Assembly: GCF_001194135.2 (NCBI RefSeq)
Contig: NC_068992.1
Coordinates: 24,576,642-24,617,301, forward strand
Length of the DNA stretch: 40,660 nt
Direction: 5' to 3'
Origin: Octopus bimaculoides
Lineage: Eukaryota
Every line of letters starts with the position of its first letter. Position 1 is the stretch's first letter. The translations under genes and the position numbers were made by a program. Of the stretch, positions 12,143 through 24,063 are shown in pieces. The notes below the pieces were generated by a model. The model saw nothing but the letters and a program-made list of their open reading frames with translations, searched no databases and was not told where the DNA came from.

Positions 12143-12309
12143 AACAACAAACAAGATGAGGATAAATATCTGTCAAATGTAAATAATGTACATAACTCCT
12201 CATTTCTTAAATATAAAACTATATTATAATCTATTTATGCTGCAATGCATATAACAGTCTAAACATATTCAGCTAAGAAAAATTGAATTCTTTTACCAAA
12301 ACTCTGGTG

Positions 12310-12410
12310 CAGTGGTTCTTAACTAGGATCCATATGGCCCCTGAGGGTTTATATAAGATTTTTAAGGGTCCACATAGCAAAACAGTAAATTGGGGATCCA
12401 CAATATTATC
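12310..12410 (+). mobile_element. hAT (Charlie-like) MITE end
   Basis: CAGTGGTTCTTAAC terminus; reverse-complement homology to 10086-10175. Confidence 0.55.
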
Positions 12411-12564
12411 TTACGAACCCTTGAAACAATTTTGCTTCAGGCGTTTATATTGGTATGCAATGCAAGAAACAGCTAGGTTTCTTTCTCTCACATTTTCCTT
12501 AGTTCAACCTACACTTGTTATTTTTTTACATTGTTTATATACCCAGGGCGAATTCCCATTTTTT

Positions 12565-13003
12565 TAGGAGGAGATAGCCCCAACAAGACACACACCAGGC
12601 ATTCCATTTATTTCCCAGCTCAATGAGGCAAGCTCCGTCCTATCCTGAGGTTGAGGCATAGAAAGCAACTCCTGATATCAGCAACACAGCCCGACAGCAT
12701 ATGTTGGTTTACTCCCACCGCATCATGCTGGTTCTGTACCCCTTTGAGCAACATCAAAATTTACTCATCCATCCACAAACGCTCTCTGAGTTTTCCTATC
12801 ATTTATAAACTCTCTTGCCTCTCTCATTCCAACACCTCTAACCACCAAAGTTTTCCTCACTTCATCCATCCACTCAAACCGAGGTCTGCCTCTGGTTCTG
12901 CTGCCTACCACTTCTGCCTTCATCACCCTCCTTACCAACTTCTCATCTATCCATCCTCTCCATGTGGCCAAACCACCTCAACATTCATCTATCCATTTTG
13001 ACA
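12565..13003 (-). mobile_element. RTE-type LINE 3' fragment
   Basis: Minus-strand translation LRWFGHMERMD / EKLVRRVMKAEVVGSRTRGRPRFEWMDEVRKTL (one frameshift) matches the RTE ORF C-terminal WFGH and GRPR..W motifs. The 3' UTR assignment (12565-12764) is inferred. Confidence 0.75.
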
Positions 13004-13057
13004 AGTTAATGTGTGGAAAACGAAATAGGAAATCTGGAAGAAGATTGAAAATTTGAA

Positions 13058-13254
13058 AGGCACAGGAGTGGCTGTGTGGTAAGTAGCTAGGAGTAGGAGT
13101 AGTTGTGTGGTAAGTAGCTTGCTTACCAACCACATCGTTCCGGGTTCAGTCCCACTGCGTGGCACCTTGGGCAAGTGTCTTCTACTATAGCCTCGGGTCG
13201 ACCAAAGCCTTGTGAGTGGATTTGGTAGACGGAATCTGAAAGAAGCCCATCGTA

Positions 13255-13307
<53 letters not shown>

Positions 13308-13520
13308 ATATGTTTGTGTGTCTGTGTTTGTCCCCCAACAACACTTGACAACCAATGCTGGTGTGTTTATGTCCCCGTAACTTAGCGCTTTGGCAAAAAG
13401 TAACTGATAGAATAAGTACTAGGCTTACAAAGAATAAGTCCTGGGGTCGATTTGCTCGACTAAAGGCGGTGCTCCAGCATGGACGCAGTCAAATGACTGA
13501 AACAAGTAAAAGAGTAAAAC
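13058..13520 (+). mobile_element. Family A SINE, full length, with duplicated 5' head
   Basis: The head segment GGAGT.G.TGTGTGGTAAGTAGCT occurs twice. B-box-like GGGTTCAGTCCC, internal (TA)n and 3' end GCTCCAGCATGG...GACTGAAACAAGTAAAAG are present. Confidence 0.9.
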
Positions 13521-14056
13521 AGTAAAGAGTATAAAACCAGTTTTTAAACATTGAATGGCTATGGGGATGGGATCTGCCAGAATAAAATATTAATCTAAGG
13601 AGTCTGCAGATAAAAAATGGCTGAGAACCCCTGCTCTTGTGCATTGAGTCCCCAAAAGGTTTGTAATATACGAATGTTTATGATTTAATTTACACACACA
13701 CATGTTTACATGCATATGCACACATATACATACATGCACACACACACAGGCATATAGAAAAGCTATGACTGAAATCACTTCCTGAAGATAAATGCAAAAC
13801 AGTACAATCTTTGTTGTGTCTGGAGAGGGTCATACTGCCTTAATGCTTTAATATGTAACACACTCACTGGTTCAATTTCCACTCATTCATTATTTTTTTT
13901 TTTTTGGTGTCTTCCAAAATTTTTGTTGCTTTTGTAACCTTGTCAATGGGTGTTGACAAACTTGCAAAAGCAACGAAAATTTTATAAGAAAATAAATAAA
14001 TAAATAAATAAGTAAGTAAATGAGTGGAAATTGAACCGGTGCATGCTTTACATATT

Positions 14057-14272
14057 CTTTTCTACTCTAGGCACAAGGCCCGAAATTTATGGGGAGTTGG
14101 GGACCAGTTGATTAGATCGACCCCAGTACGCAACTGGTACCTAACTTATCGACTCCAAAAGGATGAAAGGCAAATTCGACCTCAGTGGAATCTGAACTCA
14201 GAATGTAAAGACAGACGAAATACTGCTAAGCATTTCGCCCGGCATGCTAACGTTTCTGCCAGCTCACCACCC
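14057..14272 (-). mobile_element. Family B SINE
   Basis: Reverse complement of the 3864-type head and body. Confidence 0.85.
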
Positions 14273-14618
14273 TGTGTGTTTTACATATTAAAACATTAAG
14301 GCAGTATGACTCTCCCTAGACACAACAAAATTTACTTCAACACACAAATCCACATAAAGAATCTTACAAACCAAACACAAAAAGAAAGTACAATCATTTT
14401 CTTCACTGAAATAAATTTTAATTTTGTTGCTCGAAAGATAAGTTAAATTGGTTTATTTACATAACAAACAAAGGACTATTATTCTATTACAGCACTATAT
14501 CATATCCCTGGCCAACAGATAAACTTGCATAGCTTAATGTCAGGGATCAGCAACTATGTTTAACAATGGCTTCCTCTGGATTTTCTTTTTCTTTTTTTCA
14601 TTTAATGTTTACCTACAG

Positions 14619-14664
14619 CCAGTCTGTATATCACATCTTATCTTACATATTTAAAAATAAAGTG
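14619..14664 (+). CDS. Candidate 46-nt exon
   Basis: Long pyrimidine tract, ttacctacag|...aaagtg|gtaaca. Two frames are open (QSVYHILSYIFKNKV or SLYITSYLTYLKIK). Confidence 0.3.
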
Positions 14665-14834
14665 GTAACAATTACAATATGCAAATTAGTTGCCCCAGCA
14701 TTCTATAGCAGCTATCATTGTTGAGTATATAAAAAGATAGGCTAGTTCATTTCTCTGAAATTAGTCAAAGTGATGTTGATGCCTTTGAAGAGAATCCACT
14801 AAGATTTGGAAATTGATTAAATTAACCCAATTAA

Positions 14835-15048
14835 CCCTTTCGGTACTGTATTTGTTTTGAGATGCTCTGTGTTTCTTTCAATTACGTTAGATATAAGAAA
14901 GAATTTAGTAAAATAACTTAGTTATCGTTCAGCTAGTGTTAGGAACATAAATTGTGACTAAGGTTTGATGGAAGACTTTAATTCAAAATTTATGAAAACA
15001 AGACATTTATAGCCAGAGCCGGTTTCAGCCGGGTTGGTAATGAAAAGG
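14835..15048. mobile_element. TTAA-flanked MITE (piggyBac-like)
   Basis: TTAA|CCCTTTCGGTAC ... GGTAATGAAAAGG|TTAA, imperfect TIRs. Confidence 0.7.
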
Positions 15049-16294
15049 TTAACTGCTAGATTTTTTAATTCATATTTTTGGGGTTTGCCAGGTCTTAGGA
15101 GTTAAAATAATAGATAGTATTTAAATTTTCTTCATATTTGAATTATTTTGGAAATTATGATAAATTTTCCAAAATGTCCCAAATGGGGGTTACTGAGAAA
15201 AAACATTTATCTTTTTTATTCAATTGCAATAATAAACATTTTAGTGTGTTTGACACTATAGAATCAATTGTAAATCTGTATGAGATATCAATCAATGACA
15301 TAGATGGGAAATGGCAAAAAATAAAAAAATGCTTCCAATACAGTCGATATTTTTTCTAGTTCAGTACGGAAGGTGAAATGCTTAGAGGTATTTTGTCTGT
15401 CTTTATGTTCTGTGCTCAAGTTCCACTGAGGTCAACCTTGCCTTTCATCCTTTCGGGGTCGATAAATTAAGTACCAGTTGCGTACTGGTGTCAATCTTGT
15501 CGACTGGCCTCCTCCCCCAAAATTTCAGGCCTTGTGCCTAGAGTAGAAAAGATGCACCTGCAGGTCACAGCTTACTTATTGTCAAACTTTAAGCTGATAT
15601 CGTAATATTAATCCGACCACAAGATTCCATCATCATTGCGATTTGGTGTCTGTATGACTCAATAAGACTCTGAGAACTGTGCCCATAAAGTACAAGCCTC
15701 GGGTAGAGCTCTCTAAGCAGGAGAGGTCAAAAGACAGCGGTCAAACTGATATAGACCACTGCTTCACAGTTAACAATGGATTTGTGTAAGACTGACAACC
15801 CTATGTAGAAAAATGCAAAGTTACTGAAGTATAGATGATAATTCAAACCCAGAATGACTTGGGAAAAGAAAGCCTTTCCTCAGGGAGATAACCTCAGAGT
15901 TGGGAAATGTGAAAAAAGGTCACTGAAGTTGATGCACAACAAGAAATGAAGGGCTTAAGAAATATTCATCACTGAAGTAGCAGCACTTTTAAATGTTTGC
16001 TAGACTTCTAGTACAGAATATAACTCATCTCCAGCTGACAGAACAGAAGTATCCTTTCTTTGAAGAACTGAGCAGTGAATCAGGAAGCCGTTTTTGTAGA
16101 ACAGAACATAGAATAGGACAGAAGATAAAAAACAATGACACAAGAGGTTTTTTTTTTCTATATGCACAAGCAAGAATGAAAGGACGAAAAAAGAATGAAG
16201 TATATATGAAATCTCATTTTGTCTTCAGAGTAAAATATAACAATGTGCAGACACAGGTATGGCTGTGTGGTAAGAAGCTTGCCTNNNNNNNNNN

Positions 16295-16332
<38 letters not shown>

Positions 16333-16386
16333 AAGTTTGAAAACGCCACTATATAAAACGAATTTTAATTTATAATTTTCTCGGAG

Positions 16387-16435
16387 ATATTTTACATGTT
16401 TCGGTTCATGAAAAAACGAACCTTATCAAAAATAC
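16387..16435 (-). ncRNA. Minimal hammerhead, U3-A8 variant core, in the PLE 3' repeat
   Basis: GUAUUU-UUGAUAA-GGUUC-GUUUUUUCAU-GAACC-GAA-ACAUGU-A-AAAUAU; GUA cleavage triplet and palindromic helix III ACAUGU. Confidence 0.65.
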
Positions 16436-16932
16436 ATATTTTTTAAAGAAATGTAATTAAAAGAAAAGTTCATAACTGTTTCTTACTGGTGTTAAGATAG
16501 CCCACGTGGGGGCGTTTTTTGTATGGGTATATAATGGCTGTCTAGTGCGTTGACTTGAATCGTTGGCTGTAGTAGCAGTGACCGTGTTGGTAACGGTAGT
16601 AGTAGGGGAGGAAGCAGCAGCAGTGGCGGCGGCAGCAGCAGTAATAGTAGTGACCGTAATAGCAGTAGTAATAGAGCCTGTTGGTCGTAGAAGAAGTAGT
16701 AGTAGTAGTAGTAGTGACAGTAATAGCAGTAGTAGCAATGACTGTTGGTCGAAGTAGCAGTAGTAGTAGTGACTGTAATAGCAGTGGTAGCAGCGACTGT
16801 TGGTCGTAGTAGTAGTAATTGTAGCAGGGACCGCTGTTTGCAGTAGTAGTAGTAGTAGTTATGGTGGCAGTGGCGGTGGAGTTGTAGGATTCTTTTTTTC
16901 CTTTTTTGGATAACCAATATATGATTTTAATG

Positions 16933-17530
16933 TTACTGGCTCAGGGTGTTTAAACTTGGCCCGAATTTTCTAATAAAATGAAGCTCTTTGTTTTGACGTT
17001 GGGTGAAAGTTGTGTTGTAATTGAATTGGTAAAGTGAGGAGGTCGTAAACTTTGGATTTTTATTCAGTGTACATCTGTCTATGTGGTCGCTGACAGGTAT
17101 TTTCCTGTATTCAAGATTCCTAATTTAGGATTTATGTAATGCCATCCATTTTCGTAGGCTGTTTTTTGTATAGCCTATATATTGCCTATTGCATCCTGCG
17201 CATGTTATCACATAAATTATGTTTTTCGATGCACAGGTGAAGTTTTTTTTCTGATGGTGAAATGATGGCCTTGTTCTAATGTGTATTCCGAAACTTCTAC
17301 TAAGATGGTACAAATCCCGCAGTTTGGCCTTCCACACTTTTTGACTGTTGGTTTTGTGGTTATTATTGGGTGCAGTTTAGCCTGTGTTAAAATCTTCTTT
17401 AAGGATTTATGTTGCCGTTTGCTTTCTATGATGGTGTGCGTTTGGAGGATTTGGTTCATCTTTGGGTCTCCCTTGAGTAGGGCTGTGCTTTGGAGTATGG
17501 TGTTGAAGGAAGGCCTCGTTGTTAAATGGG
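16933..17530 (-). pseudogene. PLE linker + GIY-YIG endonuclease C-terminus (frameshift and in-frame stop)
   Basis: KKCGRPNCGIC Cys motif, then FTCASKNIIYVITCAGCNRQYIGYTKNSLRKWMALHKS*IRNLEYRKIPVSDHIDRC...NKELHFIRKFGPSLN. Confidence 0.9.
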
Positions 17531-17805
17531 TTGCTGCTATTACGGTCAATACTACTACTGCTGCTTCGACCAACAGTCACTGCTACTACTGCTATTACTA
17601 CTACTACTACTGCTATTACGGTCACAACTAATACTGCTGCCGCCACTTCTGCTGCTTCCTCCCCTACTACTACAGCCAACGATTCAAGTCAACGCACTAG
17701 ACAGCCATCATGTACCCATACAAAAAACGCTCCCACGTGGACTATGTTGACACCAGTAAGGAACAATTGTGAACTTATCTTTTAATTACATTTTTTTTTA
17801 AATAT

Positions 17806-17853
17806 GTATTTTTGATAAGGTTCGTTTTTCATGAACTGAAACATGTAAAATAT
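17806..17853 (+). ncRNA. Minimal hammerhead, U3-A8 variant, inverted copy
   Basis: GTATTT-TTGATAA-GGTTC..GAACT-GAA-ACATGT-A-AAATAT. Confidence 0.6.
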
Positions 17854-17967
17854 CTCTGAGAAAATTATAAATTAAAATTTATTTTATATAGTGGCGTTTT
17901 CAAACTTCTTTTTTATAAATATATACCCACGCGTATGCCACCTACACATTTTTTATCTATCTATCTA

Positions 17968-18016
<49 letters not shown>

Positions 18017-18944
18017 TGGTTAAAGCACATTGACCATTTGGGCTACCTGGTGTCATCCACTGATTGATGCAACTTGATGTACAATACCCTACTCGTAAAG
18101 GACAGCTGCAGGATGGGAAGAAATGATCATCGCATTCAATAAAGATTCATGCTAAATCCATTTTCCGTTTCCATCATCAATTAAGTGTGTGGTGTGTGTG
18201 TGTATGTATCTGTATGTGTGTGTATGTATTTGTGTGTGTGTCTTTGTGTTTGTCCCTTACCACTGCTTGACAAGTGATAACGATGTGTTTACATTCCAAT
18301 AACTTAGCGCTTCAGCAAAAAACGAACAATAGATCAAGTACCACGCTTATAAAAAATATATAAACACACGAACCAAGGGTTCGATTCATTCAACTAACAC
18401 AACAACAAAAATTCTTCTAGGCATGATGCCCCAGCATGGCAGAGCAGTCTAATAACAAAAACAAATACAAGACAAAAGATACAATATAACAAAGCATTCT
18501 ACAACAACAAACAAAATATTCGTCCCATCCCCGCCGCTTCCCTCTCCTCATCTTCCCCACACACATTCCCAAACAATTCAATGTTTTAGTCTCCAACCAT
18601 TCTAATTACCAGAGAATTTCTCAACATTTCAAAATTCTTAAATTTTGATACTCATTTCTTCTTAAACACCTAACAAGGTTTCCTTCGTTTATATTTTTTT
18701 ACCATTTTCATCAATATTTGTTTGTTATTTTTTCCTTTGTTTTAATTTTGGTTTCCATCATGGCTTTTCTTTCATATTTACTTTTTATGTTATTATTATT
18801 ATTATTATTTTTACTTTTTTAACCATTTCGTTTCCTTTTTTCTCGTTTTATTTTTTCCTTCTGCGTTTCTTCCGGGCCCACTCGCTTTTACGCAGATACT
18901 TAAGTGAAATTAGCAAATATGGATGGCCGTTCGTTTATTTTTTT

Positions 18945-18957
18945 TATGCATACAAAC

Positions 18958-19000
<43 letters not shown>

Positions 19001-19212
19001 CACATACATATGCACACACATATATATGCACATACACATACAAACATATGTATATATGCAAACCTATACATGCAAACACACACATGGATATAAGCATACA
19101 TATGCATACACACATATATATACATACATACACATATGTATGTATACATATATGTATATATTCACACATACATACACACGCATATATATATACACACACA
19201 CATATGTATATT

Positions 19213-19261
<49 letters not shown>

Positions 19262-20579
19262 GCATATATATATACATTCATATACATAGATAGATAAATA
19301 TACATATATATGTATACACACATATACACATACATATATACATACATTTATATGTGTGATATACATTACACATACATATACATTCATTTACATATATATA
19401 TATATTCATACAGCACAAGCATATGTATACATATACATACACTCACACATACATACATACATATATACATAGATATATATGTATACATACACCCACACAT
19501 ACATACATACATATATACATAGATTTATGCATATGTATTTATTGTACGTAGGTATATATATACATATATACACACACATTCATAAACACGTATACATGCA
19601 AACACACATATACATACATACATATATATACATACACATTCTTACACATATACATACGTTTACACACACACACACACATATATATATTTACACTACATAG
19701 GTTTATGTATACATAAATACATATACATACATACAAATATACCTAAATTTATGCACATATATATATATGTGTGTGTGTACATATATATACATATATACAC
19801 AAATATACATAAATTCATGCATATATATATATCTGTGTGTGTGTGTGTGTGTACGTATACATATATACACAAATATACTACATAGGTATATACGTACATA
19901 TATATAGATGTATACAAATAGATATATTGTTCATTTTTAACTAACTGCTCTTATAGACACATTTACATAACAAACTTATTGTCCTCACTAAAAAAAATAT
20001 TTGTTGATTATAATGCATAGAAATGAGCCTTAATTAAGAATCTCTTTTGTGTGTTTGTGTTACTCGATAAGGTGGTGCTATATTTTTCTGACAGCAATCA
20101 TCCAAAAGTGCTTTGCTATAAAATGAGGTAAATCAATTGAAAATTAAAATGCATAAATTGCAAAATGCTAAATACGTGCAAATATAGGAGTGCAAGCTTA
20201 TATAAATATGCACACATGTGCACACAAACACACACACATACATGCACATAAACACATATATGCTCACAAGCACACACAAACACGCAAACATTATACAACC
20301 ATGCATGCAAACACATGCAAACACACACATATACACACACACTCACAAACAGAAATACAAATACACACAAGCTCACAAACACATAAATCCATGCATACAA
20401 AGACATGGATACACACACACACATACAGATACACACGCACGCTCACAAACGCACACAAACATGCATACAAACACACACAAACACATGCACACACACACAA
20501 ACACACATATACACACTTGCACACACACATGCACACATGCCTACACAAACACACATATACACATACACAGATTCATACA

Positions 20580-20620
<41 letters not shown>
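18945..20620. repeat. Extended (TA)n/(CATA)n/(CA)n compound microsatellite fields (interrupted at ~19930-20190)
   Basis: Directly visible. Confidence 0.95.
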
Positions 20621-20891
20621 GCTTGTATTAGGCAGATGAGAAATAAAAAGAGAGGTGCAGGGATATCAAGACGGAGAGTAAGATTAGAGAGAGGAGTAGA
20701 AAGAAGATGTAAAAAGAGGGAGTAAGACAGGGAAAATGAGAAAACTAAATAATGAAAGAGAGAGAGAGAGCGACAGAGAGATGGTATGAGTGAGTGAAAT
20801 AAGGAAGTGATATGAGAATAGGAGAGAAGAAAATAAGGAATGAGTTTTAGTGGTGGGAAAAGAGAATAATAAAGCTGGAGTGTTCAAGAAC

Positions 20892-21230
20892 AGGAAGAAG
20901 AAGAAGAAGAAGAAGAAGAAGAAGAAGAAGAAGAAGAAGAACGGCAACAACAACAAAGAATTAAAGAAAGTGAAGAAGGAGTAGAGGAGGAGGGGAGAAG
21001 AAGAAGAAGAACAACAACAACAGAATTAAAAAAAGTGAAGAAGAAGGAGGAGAAGAAGAAGAATAGCAACAACAACAAAGAATTAAAGAAAGTGAAGAAG
21101 AAGGAGGAGAAAAGAAGAAGAAGAAGAAGAACAGCAACAACAACAAAGAATTAAAGAAGAAGAAGGAGAAGAAAAGAAGAACCGCAACAACAACAAAGAA
21201 TTAAAGAAAGTGAAGAAGAAGAAAAGAGAG
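20892..21230. repeat. (GAA)n tract plus ~5 copies of a CAACAACAACAAAGAATTAAAGAAAGTGAAG-containing unit
   Basis: Units begin near 20941, 21011, 21062, 21131 and 21181. Confidence 0.9.
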
Positions 21231-22179
21231 AAAGAAATCAATTTAAAGTGTCTAGTTTAACTATTAAGGCCAAGAAGATTCTGAGAAACATTTTCAAAGA
21301 AAGGAGAAACATAATTACTTAAAGAAAATCCATCAAAAGAAAAGTTTAGAAAAAAAAAATGAAAATAAAAATATTTAATAAAAAAATTTAAAACAAAGAG
21401 TTTGAGAATTTATAATGGCAACTATTTTGTTTGTGTTTTGTGTTTTATTTTTGTTTTGTTTTGATTTTGTTATCTTTAACTTTATTTCTGTTTTTTTTTT
21501 TTTTTTTTTTAATATTTGATAGAAATAACTTTCATTAGTCTTTCTACGAAATTGCAAGAATCATCAATATTCGGAAAGGCGGAACTAACATATTTTTTGT
21601 TTTTTTTTTAAATATTTTTATCTTAATTTTTCGTCAGCTGGTTTGTGATTTGTCCATTTCATAAAGCACAGTCTGGAGAATAGGCGAACAAACACACTGT
21701 GTGTGTGTGTGTGTATGTGTGTGTCTGTGTGTGTATGTATGTGGGTGCATGTATATATATTAATATATATGTATGTATGTGTATGTCTATATATATATAT
21801 AGATATATATATAGATATATATATACATATATATACATGTATATGTATATATATACAAAGAGAGAGAGATAGATAGATAGATATAGATTTATTGGTTGTT
21901 TAAGGTAAGTCATGCTAGTACACTGCTTATTCTGAAAGATATCCTCTGTGTGTGTGTGTGTGTGCGCGCACGTGTGTGTATGTGTGTGTGTTGATTGCAT
22001 GTGTGTGTGCATGCACACATGTGTGCTATCATATCTATTGGGAATCACCCATAAGAACAATTGTTGCTAATCAGTAGCTTGATCTTGAAAAAGTGTCAGT
22101 TCTTCAAGTTTCCATTCCACATCAGCAGAATTGATAAACATTTACCAAGAACACACACTTCTACAAATATTTCATAAAT

Positions 22180-22304
22180 ATTATTTACATTTGACAGATA
22201 TTTCTCCTCATCTTGTTTGTTGTTGACACAACGTTTTGGCCTTCATCAGGTGTCTTGAGGAAATTTTGAACCTGGGTTCTCATTCTTAAAGTATTTTTGG
22301 ATGT

Positions 22305-22335
<31 letters not shown>

Positions 22336-22416
22336 AGTCACTGCCTGGAATCAAACTCGCAATCTTGGGGTTAGTAGCCTGCGGTCTTAATCACTACGCC
22401 ATATGCCTGTGGGCAT
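22180..22416 (-). mobile_element. Family D composite element, head + (AAT)n + tail, hammerhead helix II deleted
   Basis: Reverse complement of 11819-12060. The ribozyme remnant GACAC-CTGATGA-A-GGCC-AAA-ACGT-T-GTGTC is at 22225-22254. Confidence 0.85.
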
Positions 22417-22590
22417 ATTTCCAAACATGATGCACTCGTCCAACTCATAATTGCTCACCTGGGATTTATTTTTAGTGTAGCACTGAAAATTCAAAAACTT
22501 CCTCAACATGAGAAAAGTTCTACTTACAGGTGTATTTTTATTTTCGGGAATCAATCGAATTGCTATCTTCTAATTTACTTATCTCATAAT

Positions 22591-22870
22591 CAGGTGCTAG
22601 CTAGGGTGGTGCAAGCAGAGCACATGCCCTGGGTGGCACTTTGAAGTGGGGTGCAATTTTAGCCAAGATCATTTTCTTATCAAGCCATTAAAAAAATTTT
22701 TTTTAATCTTTTCAGGCATGGTTTATTTTGCTTGTCACCATCCACTCTACTGGACAGAATAAGTGTTCTTACTTGACCTCACAAAATGCATGTACTGCTT
22801 TTTGGTTGGAAGAAGGGGGTTGCAATTTTGAAGCCTGCTCTGAGCGCCGTTTACCCTAGCTATGCCCCTG
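22591..22870. mobile_element. hAT-like MITE with 8-bp target-site duplication
   Basis: TIRs CAGGTGCTAGCTAGGGT and ACCCTAGCTATGCCCCTG; flanks CTCATAAT and CTCATAAA (7/8 match). Confidence 0.75.
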
Positions 22871-23055
22871 CTCATAAACCCAATTCAGAAAGCAATTGCA
22901 TCTAGTTTATTAATCCCTTACCTATTAATATTATTTTGGGTTCTTTTCTTTCTTAAATTTTTACTGCCCCTAATTCTTGGGAGAGTCATGGGAGTCAAGT
23001 CCTTAGGCCCCTCTTCCATAGGAGTCTATTAGAAGATTATACCCCGTCCCCGCTC

Positions 23056-23530
23056 TCCAATCAGTTTGCCCTTGATTTGCCCTAAAATGTTCTGCCCTCT
23101 GGTTCAGCTTGAAGAATTTGTCTTGTGATCCTTCCCTCTGATATTCAAATCATGTCCATAGCACCAGGGCTTTGACCTCTCAATGCAGAGATGTAGTGGC
23201 TGAACCTCAAAAGACTTCTTGATTTCTGAGCTGCACATCAGACTGAGTACCATTATTCTAAAGATCCTTCAAAGAACCCTGTTTCAGCCTCTTACATTCA
23301 CAATTGTACTCTTTCAGTCATTAACCATTATTCATTACTAGAGGTGAGGATAGGCATGAAAACGTAACCAAAGATAGCAAGTTTGGTTTTCTGTTCCCAA
23401 CCTCTCCTCAAAAAAAGATCAAATTATGAAGTTGGTGCATTATGGTACCAACACCTGCAATTCTAGCAACCAATCCAATCTCTAGTTTCCCATCATTCAT
23501 GAATAACATCCAGAGATAAATCTTCCTTCT
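23056..23530 (-). mobile_element. Highly decayed RTE-type LINE ORF C-terminus
   Basis: Fragmentary translation KTKLAIFGYVFMPILTSSNE*WLMTER ... SSEIKKSFEVQPLHLCIERSKPWCYGH resembles the RTE consensus K.K..F..V..PILTYG.E.W ... LRW.GH. Confidence 0.6.
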
Positions 23531-23855
23531 TACTATGTAAAGGAAAATGATAGTTGATTCCAATACATTTTGAAATGCTGGAGGTGAATGTAACTTCAGT
23601 AATTGAAGGAATCAGAAAGTCCCTTCATGGGACTGAGAGAGATAGATCCTTGTCATTCAAGAAAGATTTAACCCTTTACCATAGAGATTATTCCATTAAA
23701 TGTAATGCTTCTTAATCTACATTGTTTTGAATTAATCACACATTGTTTTAGAGCTTTCAGATTTTTATGAAATAACTGTTAATATTTAGAATGATATTGT
23801 AGGGTAGGTGTGAATGGCCAGATCTGGCCCATTTGAACATAAAACAGGTAGAATA

Positions 23856-24063
23856 GATAGATTGCTAGCCACTAAACCTTTTTTTTATTTTCTCTGCCCA
23901 TTTTATTTTTTCTCCCTGTTTATTTCTGAGTTCCTTTCTGTCGAAGAGTGTAGGCTCGAAACTTAAAAGACTTTCTCACTTCCCTAGCATTAATCTAATA
24001 CATCTGTTTGTTGTTTACACATCTATCTTCCCATTTTGTTTTTTGTTTTTTGTAAATTCTCAC
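23856..24063 (+). mobile_element. ~208-bp element with hammerhead-like fold, inserted into a TTAA MITE
   Basis: Flanked by TAGAATA at 23849-23855 and 24064-24070. Removing it restores the MITE sequence seen in 24155-24381. Second copy at 40342-40524, partial copy at 35571-35660. Confidence 0.75.

Larger units (their letters stand above)
16329..17911 (-). mobile_element. 5'-truncated Penelope-like element with inverted duplicate of its 3' repeat
   Basis: GIY-YIG remnant at 16933-17530 (-). The 3' region 16329-~16780 is repeated in inverted orientation at ~17533-17911. Confidence 0.9.

Noticed and set aside
10086-12410. Two hAT-like ends as termini of a single 2.3-kb transposon
   Set aside because: The termini point outward (back-to-back), so they are independent fragments.
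15560-15960. Possible LINE 5' region remnant
   Set aside because: No translatable motif was found and there is no second copy in the window.
16457-17785. Poly-Ser/Ala/Thr/Leu ORFs around the PLE
   Set aside because: They arise from the CTA/CTG-rich 3' UTR repeats or are antisense to the GIY-YIG remnant.
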